DNA of 47,204 bases, taken from NCBI GenBank assembly GCA_036491815.1, contig DASXBE010000017.1, positions 1-47,204 on the forward strand, given 5' to 3'. Below are positions 8,732 through 17,037 of the stretch, piece by piece. The translations under genes were made by a program, and so were the position numbers. Below the pieces are notes generated by a model that was given only the letters and a program-made list of their open reading frames with translations, made no database searches and was not told the DNA's origin. How positions within the stretch are numbered: the first letter of the stretch is position 1; each line of letters starts with the position of its first letter. Origin of the DNA: Candidatus Dormiibacterota bacterium (GTDB lineage Bacteria > Chloroflexota > Dormibacteria > Dormibacterales > Dormibacteraceae).

Positions 8732-9310
8732 TCAGGCTCTCCCCGCGGACACGCTGTCCGCATTGATTCTTATCACAGCGAGCGCGAGGGCGGCCACGCA
8801 CGCAAGCTCGCTCATCTTCGCATTCCACATCGATTCCACGGCGCGGGCCAGAGGGACGAGCCGCACCGTGGTCGGCGCCAGGTCCAGCTGCACCGGGTCC
8901 GATACGCGCTTCGCGCCGCGGGCCAGGAAAACGTGCTCCGTACCGCATCCGCGATTGCCGTCGACCACGTAGCGGCCGAGATCGGTCCATTCGGAGGCCT
9001 CGTAGCCGGCCTCTTCGCGAAGCTCGCGGCGGGCGGCGTCGGCCGGCGCCTCGCGACCGTCAATGAATCCGGACGGCAGGCCCAGCGTCACGCCGCGCGA
9101 CCCGTGCCGGTAGTGCTCGACGGTCACGACGTTCCCGTCATCGGTGAGCGCGGTCACCACCACGAAGTCCCTGAGCCGGATCGTGTAGAAGTCGTCTACG
9201 CGGCGCCCGTCCGGCAGCTTGATATGCTCCTCAAGCACCTCGAGCCATGGTTCGCGGAGCAACAGGCTTGTCGCTGATTCGACCGTCCACTCCTTGCCGC
9301 TCACCTGCAC
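8732..9310 (-). CDS. NUDIX hydrolase (ADP-ribose / nucleotide-sugar pyrophosphatase-like)
   Basis: Complete Nudix box GFIDGREAPADAARRELREEAGY (GX5EX7REUXEEXGU). GTG at 9310 is preceded by GGAG 5 nt upstream. The rest of ORF 8732..10537 is the antisense shadow of the dehydrogenase gene at 9434..10639. Confidence 0.85.
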   Translation of the reverse strand: MQVSGKEWTVESATSLLLREPWLEVLEEHIKLPDGRRVDDFYTIRLRDFVVVTALTDDGNVVTVEHYRHGSRGVTLGLPSGFIDGREAPADAARRELREEAGYEASEWTDLGRYVVDGNRGCGTEHVFLARGAKRVSDPVQLDLAPTTVRLVPLARAVESMWNAKMSELACVAALALAVIRINADSVSAGRA

Positions 9311-9433
9311 GCCGACTCCGGCGCATGGAATCCTGATAGCGTCAATGTCCGGCAAATCATACTGGGGGCACCCTCGGCTGGGCAACAGGGAGGCCGCGTT
9401 CGATCGCGGACCCCGGTGATCCCCTGATACCGT

Positions 9434-10639
9434 ATGGCTGTCATTTTGAACGCGACCTCGAGGGTCGGCGTGGTCGGCCTCGGCACAATCGGAGCGCAGG
9501 AGCTCGCCCTGTGGCAGCGCTCGGGCCACGAGACGGTGGGCTACGACATCGCGGAGTCGCGTGTCACCGCGCTGAGCGGTGCCGCGCACGCAAGGTCGGG
9601 ACCGGCGCCGCGCCTGACGACCCGGGTCACGGATCTGAACGACGCGGACGTGCTCGTCGTGTGCCTGCCGAATCTCGCGCCCAACGGCGAGAACAGCATG
9701 GCGGCGTTCGACACCTTTGTCGAGGACGCCAAGCTGCTCAGGGCGGTGGATCGGCTGGTCATCCTGGCCAGCACCCTTCCGATCGGTTTCACGCGCGAGC
9801 TCGCGACCCGGCTGGGGCCCTACGGCCGCCTGGTCGCGCACGCGCCCGAGCGCTTCGACCCAGGGCGCGGCACCGAGCTGGGTGAGATCCCCCGCGTGGT
9901 CGGCGCGCTCAGCCAGGAGGCGCTGGACCTGACCGTGGAGCTCTACCGGCGGGCTGGAGTGACCACCCACGCGGTCGACCCCGTCGAGGTGGCGGAGGCC
10001 TCGAAGCTGCTCGAGAACTCGTTCCGGCTGGTGAACATCGCCTTCATCAACGAGTTCGCCGAGCTGTGCCGTCGCCTGGGCATCACCGCCTCCGACGTCA
10101 TCGACGCCGCCGCGACCAAGCCGTTCGCCTTCATGGCGCACCAACCCGGCGTCGGCGCGGGCGGCACATGCATCCCGACCATGCCGCGCTACCTGCTCGA
10201 CGCCGCGCGGCGGAGCGGCCTCCAGATGCCGATCCTGCAGGACGCGGTGACCGGCAACGAGCACCTCACCGAACGCGTCGCCGATCATCTGCGCGAGCTG
10301 CTCTCCGCGGGCGGCGTCACACGGGGCCGTGTGCTCGTGGTGGGCGCGTCCTACAAGCCCAACTACCCTGACCCCCGTGGATCCGCGGCGCTCGCCTTCT
10401 CGCGCGGCCTGTCCAAGCATCACAGCGTCGTCGTCTACGACCCGATCGTCGACGCGACACGATTTCCGGATGAGCTCGAGCTCGTGCGCGAAGTTCCCAC
10501 CACGCAATTCGACGCGGTGGTCATCGCGCTCAAGCACCGCGATACGGACATCGACGCCCTCCGCCGCCTGAGCCCGATCCTCATCGACCTGGTGCGCGGC
10601 GCCGTCGAGGTGACCGAGTCGCTGTCGACGCGCAAGTAA
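9434..10639 (+). CDS. Nucleotide-sugar dehydrogenase (divergent UDP-glucose/GDP-mannose dehydrogenase family member)
   Basis: VGVVGLGTIG Rossmann motif, EASKLLENSFRLVNIAFINEF central helix, the catalytic Cys in GAGGTCIP, and C-terminal VLVVGASYKPN. It is the first gene of a 12-gene plus-strand operon. Confidence 0.85.
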   Translation: MAVILNATSRVGVVGLGTIGAQELALWQRSGHETVGYDIAESRVTALSGAAHARSGPAPRLTTRVTDLNDADVLVVCLPNLAPNGENSMAAFDTFVEDAKLLRAVDRLVILASTLPIGFTRELATRLGPYGRLVAHAPERFDPGRGTELGEIPRVVGALSQEALDLTVELYRRAGVTTHAVDPVEVAEASKLLENSFRLVNIAFINEFAELCRRLGITASDVIDAAATKPFAFMAHQPGVGAGGTCIPTMPRYLLDAARRSGLQMPILQDAVTGNEHLTERVADHLRELLSAGGVTRGRVLVVGASYKPNYPDPRGSAALAFSRGLSKHHSVVVYDPIVDATRFPDELELVREVPTTQFDAVVIALKHRDTDIDALRRLSPILIDLVRGAVEVTESLSTRK

Positions 10640-10656
10640 GCAGGGGCGTCCGCGAC

Positions 10657-11877
10657 TTGCGGATCTGGGTGGTCAACCACTACGCCGATCCCCCCGACGG
10701 CCTCGCCACGCGAAGCTTCGACATCGGGCGGCGCTGGGTCGAGCAGGGCCACCCCACGACCATCTTCGCGTGCGCGTTCAGCCACTACCACCTGCGCCCA
10801 GCGCGGCGACTTGGATGGCGGCTGTGGCGCGACGAGGACATCGAGGGCGTGCGCTACGTCTGGATCGCCGGCCCGGCCTATAAGGGCAACGACGCGCGCA
10901 GGGTCCTGAACATGCTCACGTTCAGCGCCCTCGCGCTCGTCGCCGGCACGCTCCGGCGCGAGCGGCCGCGGATCGTGGTCGGTGTGTCGGTCCACCCCCT
11001 GGCCGCGCTCAGCGGGTACTTCCTCTCGCGCATCAAGCGCGCCCGATTCTTCTTCGAGGTCACCGACCTGTGGCCCGAGACGCTCATCGATTTCGGTCGC
11101 CTGAGCCCACAGGGTCGAACCGCCCGGGCAATGCGGCGGCTCGAGCGCTTCCTCTTCCGCCACGCCGAGCGCATCGTCATGCTGTGGCGCCACACCGACG
11201 CGTACGTCGAATCGCAGGGCGTCTCGGCCTCCAAGATCCTGTGGGCGCCGCACGGTGTCGAGCTCGCGCGCTACGACGAGCTCGAGCCGTACGAGGGCGG
11301 CCGCGCCACGCCGTTTCGCGTCATGTTCCTCGGCGGCTTCGTCGCGTCCAACTCGATCGACACCATCCTGGAAGCCGCGTCGGTGCTCCAGCAGAGAGGC
11401 CGCGACGGCGTCAAGTTCCTCTTCATCGGGTCAGGCCAGGAGCGCGAGGCTCTGATCAAGCGCGCAGGGGACCTCGGCCTTCTCAACGTCGACTTCCGGC
11501 CGGCGGTGCCCAAACGCGACGTCGGCAAGGTCATGGGTGAGGCGGACGCCTTCATCTACGGGCTGCGGGACCTGCCGCTCTACCGTTTCGGGATCAGCCT
11601 GAACAAGCTGACGGACTACCTCGCGGCCGGCCGGCCCATCGTCTTTTTCGGGAAGTCGACGTATGACCCGGTCCGCGACGCGGAGGCGGGTTTCAGCGTG
11701 CCGCCGAATGACCCCGAGATCCTGGCCGACGCCATCGACCGCCTGGTCGCCCTTACACCAGAGGAAAGGATGGAGATGGGAGAGCGCGGTCGCCGGTACC
11801 TGCTCGAACACCACAACATCCCGGCGCTCGCGACGCGGCTGCTCGAGGTGTTCGAGAAGGACCCCGTCTCGAGATGA
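10657..11877 (+). CDS. GT4 glycosyltransferase (WbuB-like)
   Basis: MRIWVVNHYADPPDG… N-terminus typical of WbuB-type GT4 enzymes. C-terminal GT-B half has FLFIGSGQE and the NKLTDYLAAGRPIV (E-x7-E region). The start codon is TTG. Confidence 0.85.
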   Translation: MRIWVVNHYADPPDGLATRSFDIGRRWVEQGHPTTIFACAFSHYHLRPARRLGWRLWRDEDIEGVRYVWIAGPAYKGNDARRVLNMLTFSALALVAGTLRRERPRIVVGVSVHPLAALSGYFLSRIKRARFFFEVTDLWPETLIDFGRLSPQGRTARAMRRLERFLFRHAERIVMLWRHTDAYVESQGVSASKILWAPHGVELARYDELEPYEGGRATPFRVMFLGGFVASNSIDTILEAASVLQQRGRDGVKFLFIGSGQEREALIKRAGDLGLLNVDFRPAVPKRDVGKVMGEADAFIYGLRDLPLYRFGISLNKLTDYLAAGRPIVFFGKSTYDPVRDAEAGFSVPPNDPEILADAIDRLVALTPEERMEMGERGRRYLLEHHNIPALATRLLEVFEKDPVSR

Positions 11878-11887
11878 GGAGCCTGCG

Positions 11888-14524
11888 CTGAAGCGCTTCA
11901 ACTACGCCACCACATTCCTCGCCGAGGGCGTGGTCATCGGGAGCTACCTCCTCGCGTTCAAGCTGGTCGCCACCTTCACGGGCACGGAGGGCTTCGGCGA
12001 GTACTCGCTGTCGCGGCGGACGCTTTCGCTGCTCATCCCCCTGGTGGTGCTGGGCGCGGACCTGGGCATCGCACGGTACGTCTCGTACGCGGAGACGGAG
12101 GGGTCGGGCAAGTCGCCTGGGTACGCAGCCGCGTCGCTGACCATGCTCGGCGCGGGTGTAGCGGCGTTGAGCATCGTGCTGCTGGTCGCCGCGCCGCTGT
12201 GGGCGAAGCTCTTCTACGGATCCGCGAGCTACAGCGGCCTGGTGCTGGTCCTTCCAGTCCTGCTGGCAGGCTCGGGACTCCATTCGATCGCTTTCGGATA
12301 CCTCCGCGGTCTCAACCGGGTGCAGCTGGCGAACACGCTCCTCGCAGTCAACATGGGACTCCTGCCGCTGGCGGCGATCCTTTTGGTCCACGGGTCGGTG
12401 CAGTGGGCGCTCATGGCGATGGGTCTCGGATGGGTCGTCACCTCCGGACTCGTCCTGGCCAGGCTGCCGATCCACCTCGCGGCGATCGGCGAACGGCTGC
12501 GCGAGATGACCCGCTTCGGCATTCCGCGAGTCCCTGGCGATTTCGTGTCGCTGCTCCTTTTCGCCATGCCCGGCATCCTCGTGGCTCAGGCCGCGGACAT
12601 CCGGGTCGCCGGGATCGTGGCCTTCGGCGTGGCGGCGGTGAGCATGATCGGCTCGAGCCTCACGCCGGTGAGCTTCCTGCTCCTCCCGGCCGCAGCTCGC
12701 CTGCTCGCCGCGGGCAAGGTGAGGCAGCTCCGCTCGGAGGTGATCGAGGTGACCGCGATCACGCTGGCGGGAACGCTCGTCGTGGTCGTGCTGCTGGAGG
12801 TCTTCGCGGCGCCCATCGTCAGCCTCTACCTGGGCCCCAGCTTCAGCCCAGGTGTCGACGTCCTGCGGCTGACGCTCATCGGCGCTCTGCCATGGGCCGC
12901 GTACATCACGCTCCGCAGCGTCATCGACGCGCATCACGTGCGCCCGATCAACGCCCGCAACCTGCTGATCTCCTTTCTCTGCGCGCTGGCGCTCGGGCTT
13001 GTCCTGCGCAGGGTCGCGGACCCGACCATCGCCGCGGTGCTGGCCTTTGTGCTCGGGCTCTGGATCCTCGCCGCGCTCACCCTGGTCGAGGTCAACCGGA
13101 TCGCCAACGTCCTGGGCCATCCCGCGGACCGCAGCCCCATCGGCCTCGCGCGCCTCGCCATGCTGGCCGCGCTCCCGGTCGCAATCGTCGTGAGCTCCCC
13201 ACAGCGCCCCGTGGTCGCCCTGCTGATCTCCCTCAGCTACGTCGTGATGGCGCTGGCCTCCCTCCGGTTGAGCCGGTCGAACCTCTTGATGCTCGCGTAC
13301 ATCGCCGGCGTCGCCGTGTGGATGACGGTCTCGTGGCTGCGCTCGACCTACCTCCTGCACCTGGATGCCGCCCAGCTCAGCTACGGCACGTCGAAGTTCG
13401 AATACTTCGTGTTCATCGTCCTTCCGCTCGCCGCGGCGGTCGCGATCATCGTCAAGCGCGTCGAGGACACGTGGCCGATCGCGGGCGCGCAGGTCGCCAT
13501 CGGCGGGGTGATCGCTCTGATCACGGTCGCTCTGGTGGGCGCCAAGATCCTCGGCGCCGACCGCTACGCGTGGCAGGGCGACCTGATCGCTCTCGGCACG
13601 CTGATCGCGGTGCAGCCGTGGCTGGTCAAGAACGTATGGGCGGAGGGCGCGATCGGGGTGCTTGGAGTCGGCGGCATCATGTTCGCCGGCGCGCGGCAGT
13701 CGCTCGTCGCCTTCGCCGTGGCCCTGCTCCTGTCGGCGGCCTACTGGTCGGTGTCGCGCTACATCCGCGCCGGGCGAGCGCAGGACGCGGGCGCGCCGGA
13801 CCCATCTGCGGAGCGGGCCGATTCAGCGCCGACAGCGCAGACAGTCGCTCCAGCCGGCTCGCGCTCCTGGCGCACGGCGGTGGCGAGCCGTTACGTCGTC
13901 CTGCCGCTGGCGCTGCTCATCCTCACGGTCGGAGCGATCGCGTTCACCTACAACCGCAGCCCGAACACTTACTGCAACTGCATCACCGACCGCCTGATCA
14001 GCCTCGAACAGGGCGCCGGCGACCGCGACAAGATGATCTACCACGCGTTCGGCCTGCTCGGCCAGGACCCTATCCTCGGGACCGGCCTGGGCTCGTTCGC
14101 CGGCTCGGTCCAGATGTCGTTGAGCCCGGGTAACTTCTACCAGTACCCGCACAACGTGCCGCTGGAGGTCGCGTCGGAGACGGGGCTGATCGGGCTCCTC
14201 CTCATCTTCGCCCCGCTCATCGCCGGCTGGCTCTTCTTGCTGCGCGACGGAATCCGCCGCGGCTCGCCGGCGGTGGCCGGCCTGATGATGATCGTGACGG
14301 TCTTCTTCACCGTCGCGAATCTCAGCGGCGACATCCCGAGCGATCGCGGCCTGTGGGTGTTCGGGATCCTGGCGTTCAAGCTTGGCATCGACGCGTCCGG
14401 TCTCCGGGTCGCGTCTCCGAGCAGGGCGCCGGCGCCCATCCGGACGGCGCCCGTCTCCGAGGCCCGCTCCCGGCTTGGGCGCCTATTTGCGACACTCTTA
14501 CGAGCCGATGAGCCGTACCACTGA
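11888..14524 (+). CDS. Fusion protein: N-terminal Wzx-like flippase plus C-terminal Wzy_C / O-antigen-ligase-like domain
   Basis: One uninterrupted frame. Nucleotides ~11888-13130 encode a polytopic MOP-like protein (…GFGEYSLSRRTL…, …RFGIPRVPGDF…). After the linker NVLGHPADRSP, nucleotides ~13130-14400 carry the Wzy_C hallmarks FAGARQSLVAF (~13680), a large hydrophilic loop and YPHNVPLEVASETGLIGLLL (~14144). The start is uncertain: CTG at 11888 (CTGA junction) is preferred; the alternatives are GTG at 11930 and ATG at 11708. Confidence 0.75.
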   Translation: MKRFNYATTFLAEGVVIGSYLLAFKLVATFTGTEGFGEYSLSRRTLSLLIPLVVLGADLGIARYVSYAETEGSGKSPGYAAASLTMLGAGVAALSIVLLVAAPLWAKLFYGSASYSGLVLVLPVLLAGSGLHSIAFGYLRGLNRVQLANTLLAVNMGLLPLAAILLVHGSVQWALMAMGLGWVVTSGLVLARLPIHLAAIGERLREMTRFGIPRVPGDFVSLLLFAMPGILVAQAADIRVAGIVAFGVAAVSMIGSSLTPVSFLLLPAAARLLAAGKVRQLRSEVIEVTAITLAGTLVVVVLLEVFAAPIVSLYLGPSFSPGVDVLRLTLIGALPWAAYITLRSVIDAHHVRPINARNLLISFLCALALGLVLRRVADPTIAAVLAFVLGLWILAALTLVEVNRIANVLGHPADRSPIGLARLAMLAALPVAIVVSSPQRPVVALLISLSYVVMALASLRLSRSNLLMLAYIAGVAVWMTVSWLRSTYLLHLDAAQLSYGTSKFEYFVFIVLPLAAAVAIIVKRVEDTWPIAGAQVAIGGVIALITVALVGAKILGADRYAWQGDLIALGTLIAVQPWLVKNVWAEGAIGVLGVGGIMFAGARQSLVAFAVALLLSAAYWSVSRYIRAGRAQDAGAPDPSAERADSAPTAQTVAPAGSRSWRTAVASRYVVLPLALLILTVGAIAFTYNRSPNTYCNCITDRLISLEQGAGDRDKMIYHAFGLLGQDPILGTGLGSFAGSVQMSLSPGNFYQYPHNVPLEVASETGLIGLLLIFAPLIAGWLFLLRDGIRRGSPAVAGLMMIVTVFFTVANLSGDIPSDRGLWVFGILAFKLGIDASGLRVASPSRAPAPIRTAPVSEARSRLGRLFATLLRADEPYH

Positions 14525-15266
14525 CCCCAAGCACCTCCGCACCGAGCAGGAACGGATGGTTGGCCCGGAGATCGAGAAGATCTTCAACGCGAGCGAGGAC
14601 CCTGTCGAGATCCGACTGGAGAACTTCCCCAAGTACGTCCGCCGCCAGCACCTGACGAGGCTCCTGGTCTTCTACGAGGTGTTCAAGCGGGTCATGGGCG
14701 TCAAGGGCTCGATCGTCGAGTGCGGCGTGAATCGCGGCTACGGGCTGATGGCGTGGGCCAAGCTCAGCGCCGTGCTCGAACCCGCGAACTTGACAAGGCG
14801 CATCTACGGCTTCGACACCTTCGCCGGGTTTCCCTCCGTTGCCGACAAGGACCAGGCCGGGCCGGGCTACAAGTCCGCGGAAAAGGGCGCTTTGCGTGCC
14901 GACTCGTATAACGAGCTGTTGAGCTTGATCGACCTCTACGACAAGGACCGGTTCCTCGGCCACATCCCCAAGGTGGAGCTGGTCAAGGGCGATGCGACGC
15001 AGACCATCCCCAAGTTCGTGGCCGATCATCCGCACCTGGTGGTGAGCTTGCTCTACCTCGACTTCGACCTCTACGAGCCGACCAGGGCCGCCCTCGAAGC
15101 ATTCGTCCCGCGCATGCCGAGGGGCGCCATCGTGGCGTTCGACGAGCTCGACAATCCGGTGTGGCCAGGCGAAACCCTCGCGGCCCTCGACACGTTGGGA
15201 CTCGGGAAGCTGCAGCTGGAGAGAATGGACTTCGACCCGTACGTGGCGTTCGCGAGGATCCCGTGA
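14508..15266 (+). CDS. TylF/MycF-type (macrocin O-methyltransferase family) sugar O-methyltransferase
   Basis: GSIVECGVNRGYG (SAM motif), IYGFDTFAGFP, LLYLDFDLYEPT and AIVAFDELD are typical of the TylF family. ATG at 14508 overlaps the upstream gene by 17 nt. Confidence 0.8.
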   Translation: MSRTTDPKHLRTEQERMVGPEIEKIFNASEDPVEIRLENFPKYVRRQHLTRLLVFYEVFKRVMGVKGSIVECGVNRGYGLMAWAKLSAVLEPANLTRRIYGFDTFAGFPSVADKDQAGPGYKSAEKGALRADSYNELLSLIDLYDKDRFLGHIPKVELVKGDATQTIPKFVADHPHLVVSLLYLDFDLYEPTRAALEAFVPRMPRGAIVAFDELDNPVWPGETLAALDTLGLGKLQLERMDFDPYVAFARIP

Positions 15267-16099
15267 GCCTCGCCACGCGGACCTCTGATGCCGAGGTGCA
15301 GGCGCTCGCGCGCCGGCTGCGGTCGCACTCGCTGCGCATGATCAGCCAGGCGAGGACATCTCATATCGGTTCGTGCCTTTCGGTCGCCGACATCCTGGCC
15401 GTCCTGTACGGCCGGGTCATGAAGGTCGATCCGAAGCGGCCGGCGTGGCCGGAGCGGGACCGGCTGATCATGTCGAAGGGCCACGCCGCCGCCATCACGT
15501 ATGCGGCGGTGGCCGAGGCGGGCTTCATGCCGAAGGAGCGTCTGGGAGAGTACGCAAGCAATGGCGGCCAGCTCTACGGCCACGTCACGCACGCCGGCGT
15601 CCCCGGCATCGAGTTCTCGAGCGGCTCCCTGGGCCATGGGCTCCCGGTCGGCGCCGGGATGGCTCTCACCGGCAAGCGCGCCGGCGCGCCGTGGCGTGTG
15701 TTCGTGGTCATGAGCGACGGCGAATGCGATGAGGGCTCCAATTGGGAGGCCATCCTGTTCGCCGGCCATCACCAGCTCGGCAACCTCACCGCGGTGATCG
15801 ACTACAACAAGATCCAGAGCCTCGACCTCGTCGAAAGGACGCTGCGCCTGGAGCCCCTGGGCGACAAGTTCCGTGCCTTCGGCTGGTCGGTGCGCGAGGT
15901 CGATGGACACGATGTCGGCGAGCTGAGCTCCGCTCTCGAATCGGTGCCCCTTGAAGCGGGCAAGCCCAACGCCATCATCGCCCACACCGTCAAAGGCAAG
16001 GGCGTGAGCTGGATGGAAGGCAAGGTGATCTGGCACTACAAGCCTCCCTCGGCGGAAGAGCTCGTGACGGCGCTGGCCGAGGTGGAGGCGAGCGCTTGA
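15263..16099 (+). CDS. Transketolase, N-terminal (TPP-binding) subunit of a split transketolase
   Basis: SHIGSCLSVADILAVLY, SKGHAA, GSLGHGLPVGAGMAL and SDGECDEGSNWEA. GTG at 15263 overlaps the upstream stop (GTGA). Confidence 0.9.
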   Translation: MSLATRTSDAEVQALARRLRSHSLRMISQARTSHIGSCLSVADILAVLYGRVMKVDPKRPAWPERDRLIMSKGHAAAITYAAVAEAGFMPKERLGEYASNGGQLYGHVTHAGVPGIEFSSGSLGHGLPVGAGMALTGKRAGAPWRVFVVMSDGECDEGSNWEAILFAGHHQLGNLTAVIDYNKIQSLDLVERTLRLEPLGDKFRAFGWSVREVDGHDVGELSSALESVPLEAGKPNAIIAHTVKGKGVSWMEGKVIWHYKPPSAEELVTALAEVEASA

Positions 16100-17037
16100 G
16101 GACCGCCTTCATCGAAGCCCTGAACGAGCTCGCGGACGAGGACGAGCGCGTGTGCCTGATCGTGGGCGACCTCGGCTACTCGGTGATCGAGGCCTTCGCC
16201 CAGAAGCACCCGAACCAGTTCGTCAACGCCGGCGTGTCGGAGCAGAACATGATCGGCCTCGCGGTCGGGATGGCCCTCAGCGGCAAGGTCGTCTTCACGT
16301 ACTCGATCGGGAACTTCGCCACGCTCCGCTGCCTGGAGCAGATCCGCAATGACGTCTGCTATCACCGTGCGAACGTCAAGGTGGTCGCGGTCGGTGGGGG
16401 GCTCGCCTACGGGAATCTTGGCGTCACACACCACGCTTCAGAGGACGTCGCGATCATGCGTGCCCTGCCCAACATGACGGTGGTGGCGCCGGGCGACCCG
16501 GTCGAAGCCCGTCTCGCGACCAGGGCGGTGGTCGAGCACGATGGCCCCTTCTACCTACGCCTCGGCAAAGCAGGCGAGCCTGTCGTGCACGCAAGCGTGC
16601 CCGACTTTGCGCTGGGCCGAGCCCTCATGCTGCGCGACGGCACCGGCGTGACCCTGATCGCGTCCGGCGGAATGCTCGCCACCGCGAGCAAGGTGGCGAC
16701 CGACCTCGCCGCCCAGGACATCAGCGTGCGGCTGCTCAGCATGCACACCGTGAAGCCCATCGACCGGGACGCCGTCACTCGTGCGGCCACCGAGACCCGA
16801 TACATCTTCACGCTCGAAGAGCACAGCATCGAAGGCGGGCTCGGTGGCGCCGTCGCGGAGGTCGTGGCCGAGCTGGACCCGGGGCACGCGCCGCTCAAGC
16901 GGATCGGCCTGCGGCCTGAGTTCAACAAGACGGTGGGCGACCAGGCTTATCTGAAGGCGCTGCACGGTCTCGACGAAGCGTCCGTCATGAAAACGATCCA
17001 CCAGACCATCACAAGGAGCTACGACCGTGTCAGTTAG
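16096..17037 (+). CDS. Transketolase, C-terminal (pyrimidine-binding) subunit of a split transketolase
   Basis: FVNAGVSEQNMIGLAVGMALSG, GVTHHASEDVAIMRALPNMTVVAPGD and FYLRLGK. TTG at 16096 overlaps the upstream stop (TTGA). Confidence 0.9.
   Translation: MRTAFIEALNELADEDERVCLIVGDLGYSVIEAFAQKHPNQFVNAGVSEQNMIGLAVGMALSGKVVFTYSIGNFATLRCLEQIRNDVCYHRANVKVVAVGGGLAYGNLGVTHHASEDVAIMRALPNMTVVAPGDPVEARLATRAVVEHDGPFYLRLGKAGEPVVHASVPDFALGRALMLRDGTGVTLIASGGMLATASKVATDLAAQDISVRLLSMHTVKPIDRDAVTRAATETRYIFTLEEHSIEGGLGGAVAEVVAELDPGHAPLKRIGLRPEFNKTVGDQAYLKALHGLDEASVMKTIHQTITRSYDRVS

Noticed and set aside
9311-10537. N-terminal ~410 codons of the 601-aa ORF 8732..10537 (minus strand)
   Set aside because: This stretch is the antisense shadow of the well-supported dehydrogenase gene 9434..10639. 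Its translation is R/G/A/P/D-rich with no motifs. The NUDIX domain begins only at GTG 9310, which has its own GGAG.
11663-11887. ATG starts at 11663 or 11708 for the flippase-fusion gene
   Set aside because: Either start would overlap the 3' end of the GT4 gene by 170-215 nt and add an R/S/T/C-rich segment (…SRRSRRGCSRCSRRTPSR…) typical of out-of-frame translation in GC-rich DNA.
11753-14133. Long ORFs 11753..13360 (minus, 535 aa) and 12199..14133 (plus, 644 aa)
   Set aside because: Both overlap the membrane-protein frame 11888..14524. Their products are extremely R/G/P/D/E-rich (…RRRRVDDG…, …GDQQHDAQRR…) and show no hydrophobic periodicity or motifs. They are high-GC shadow ORFs.
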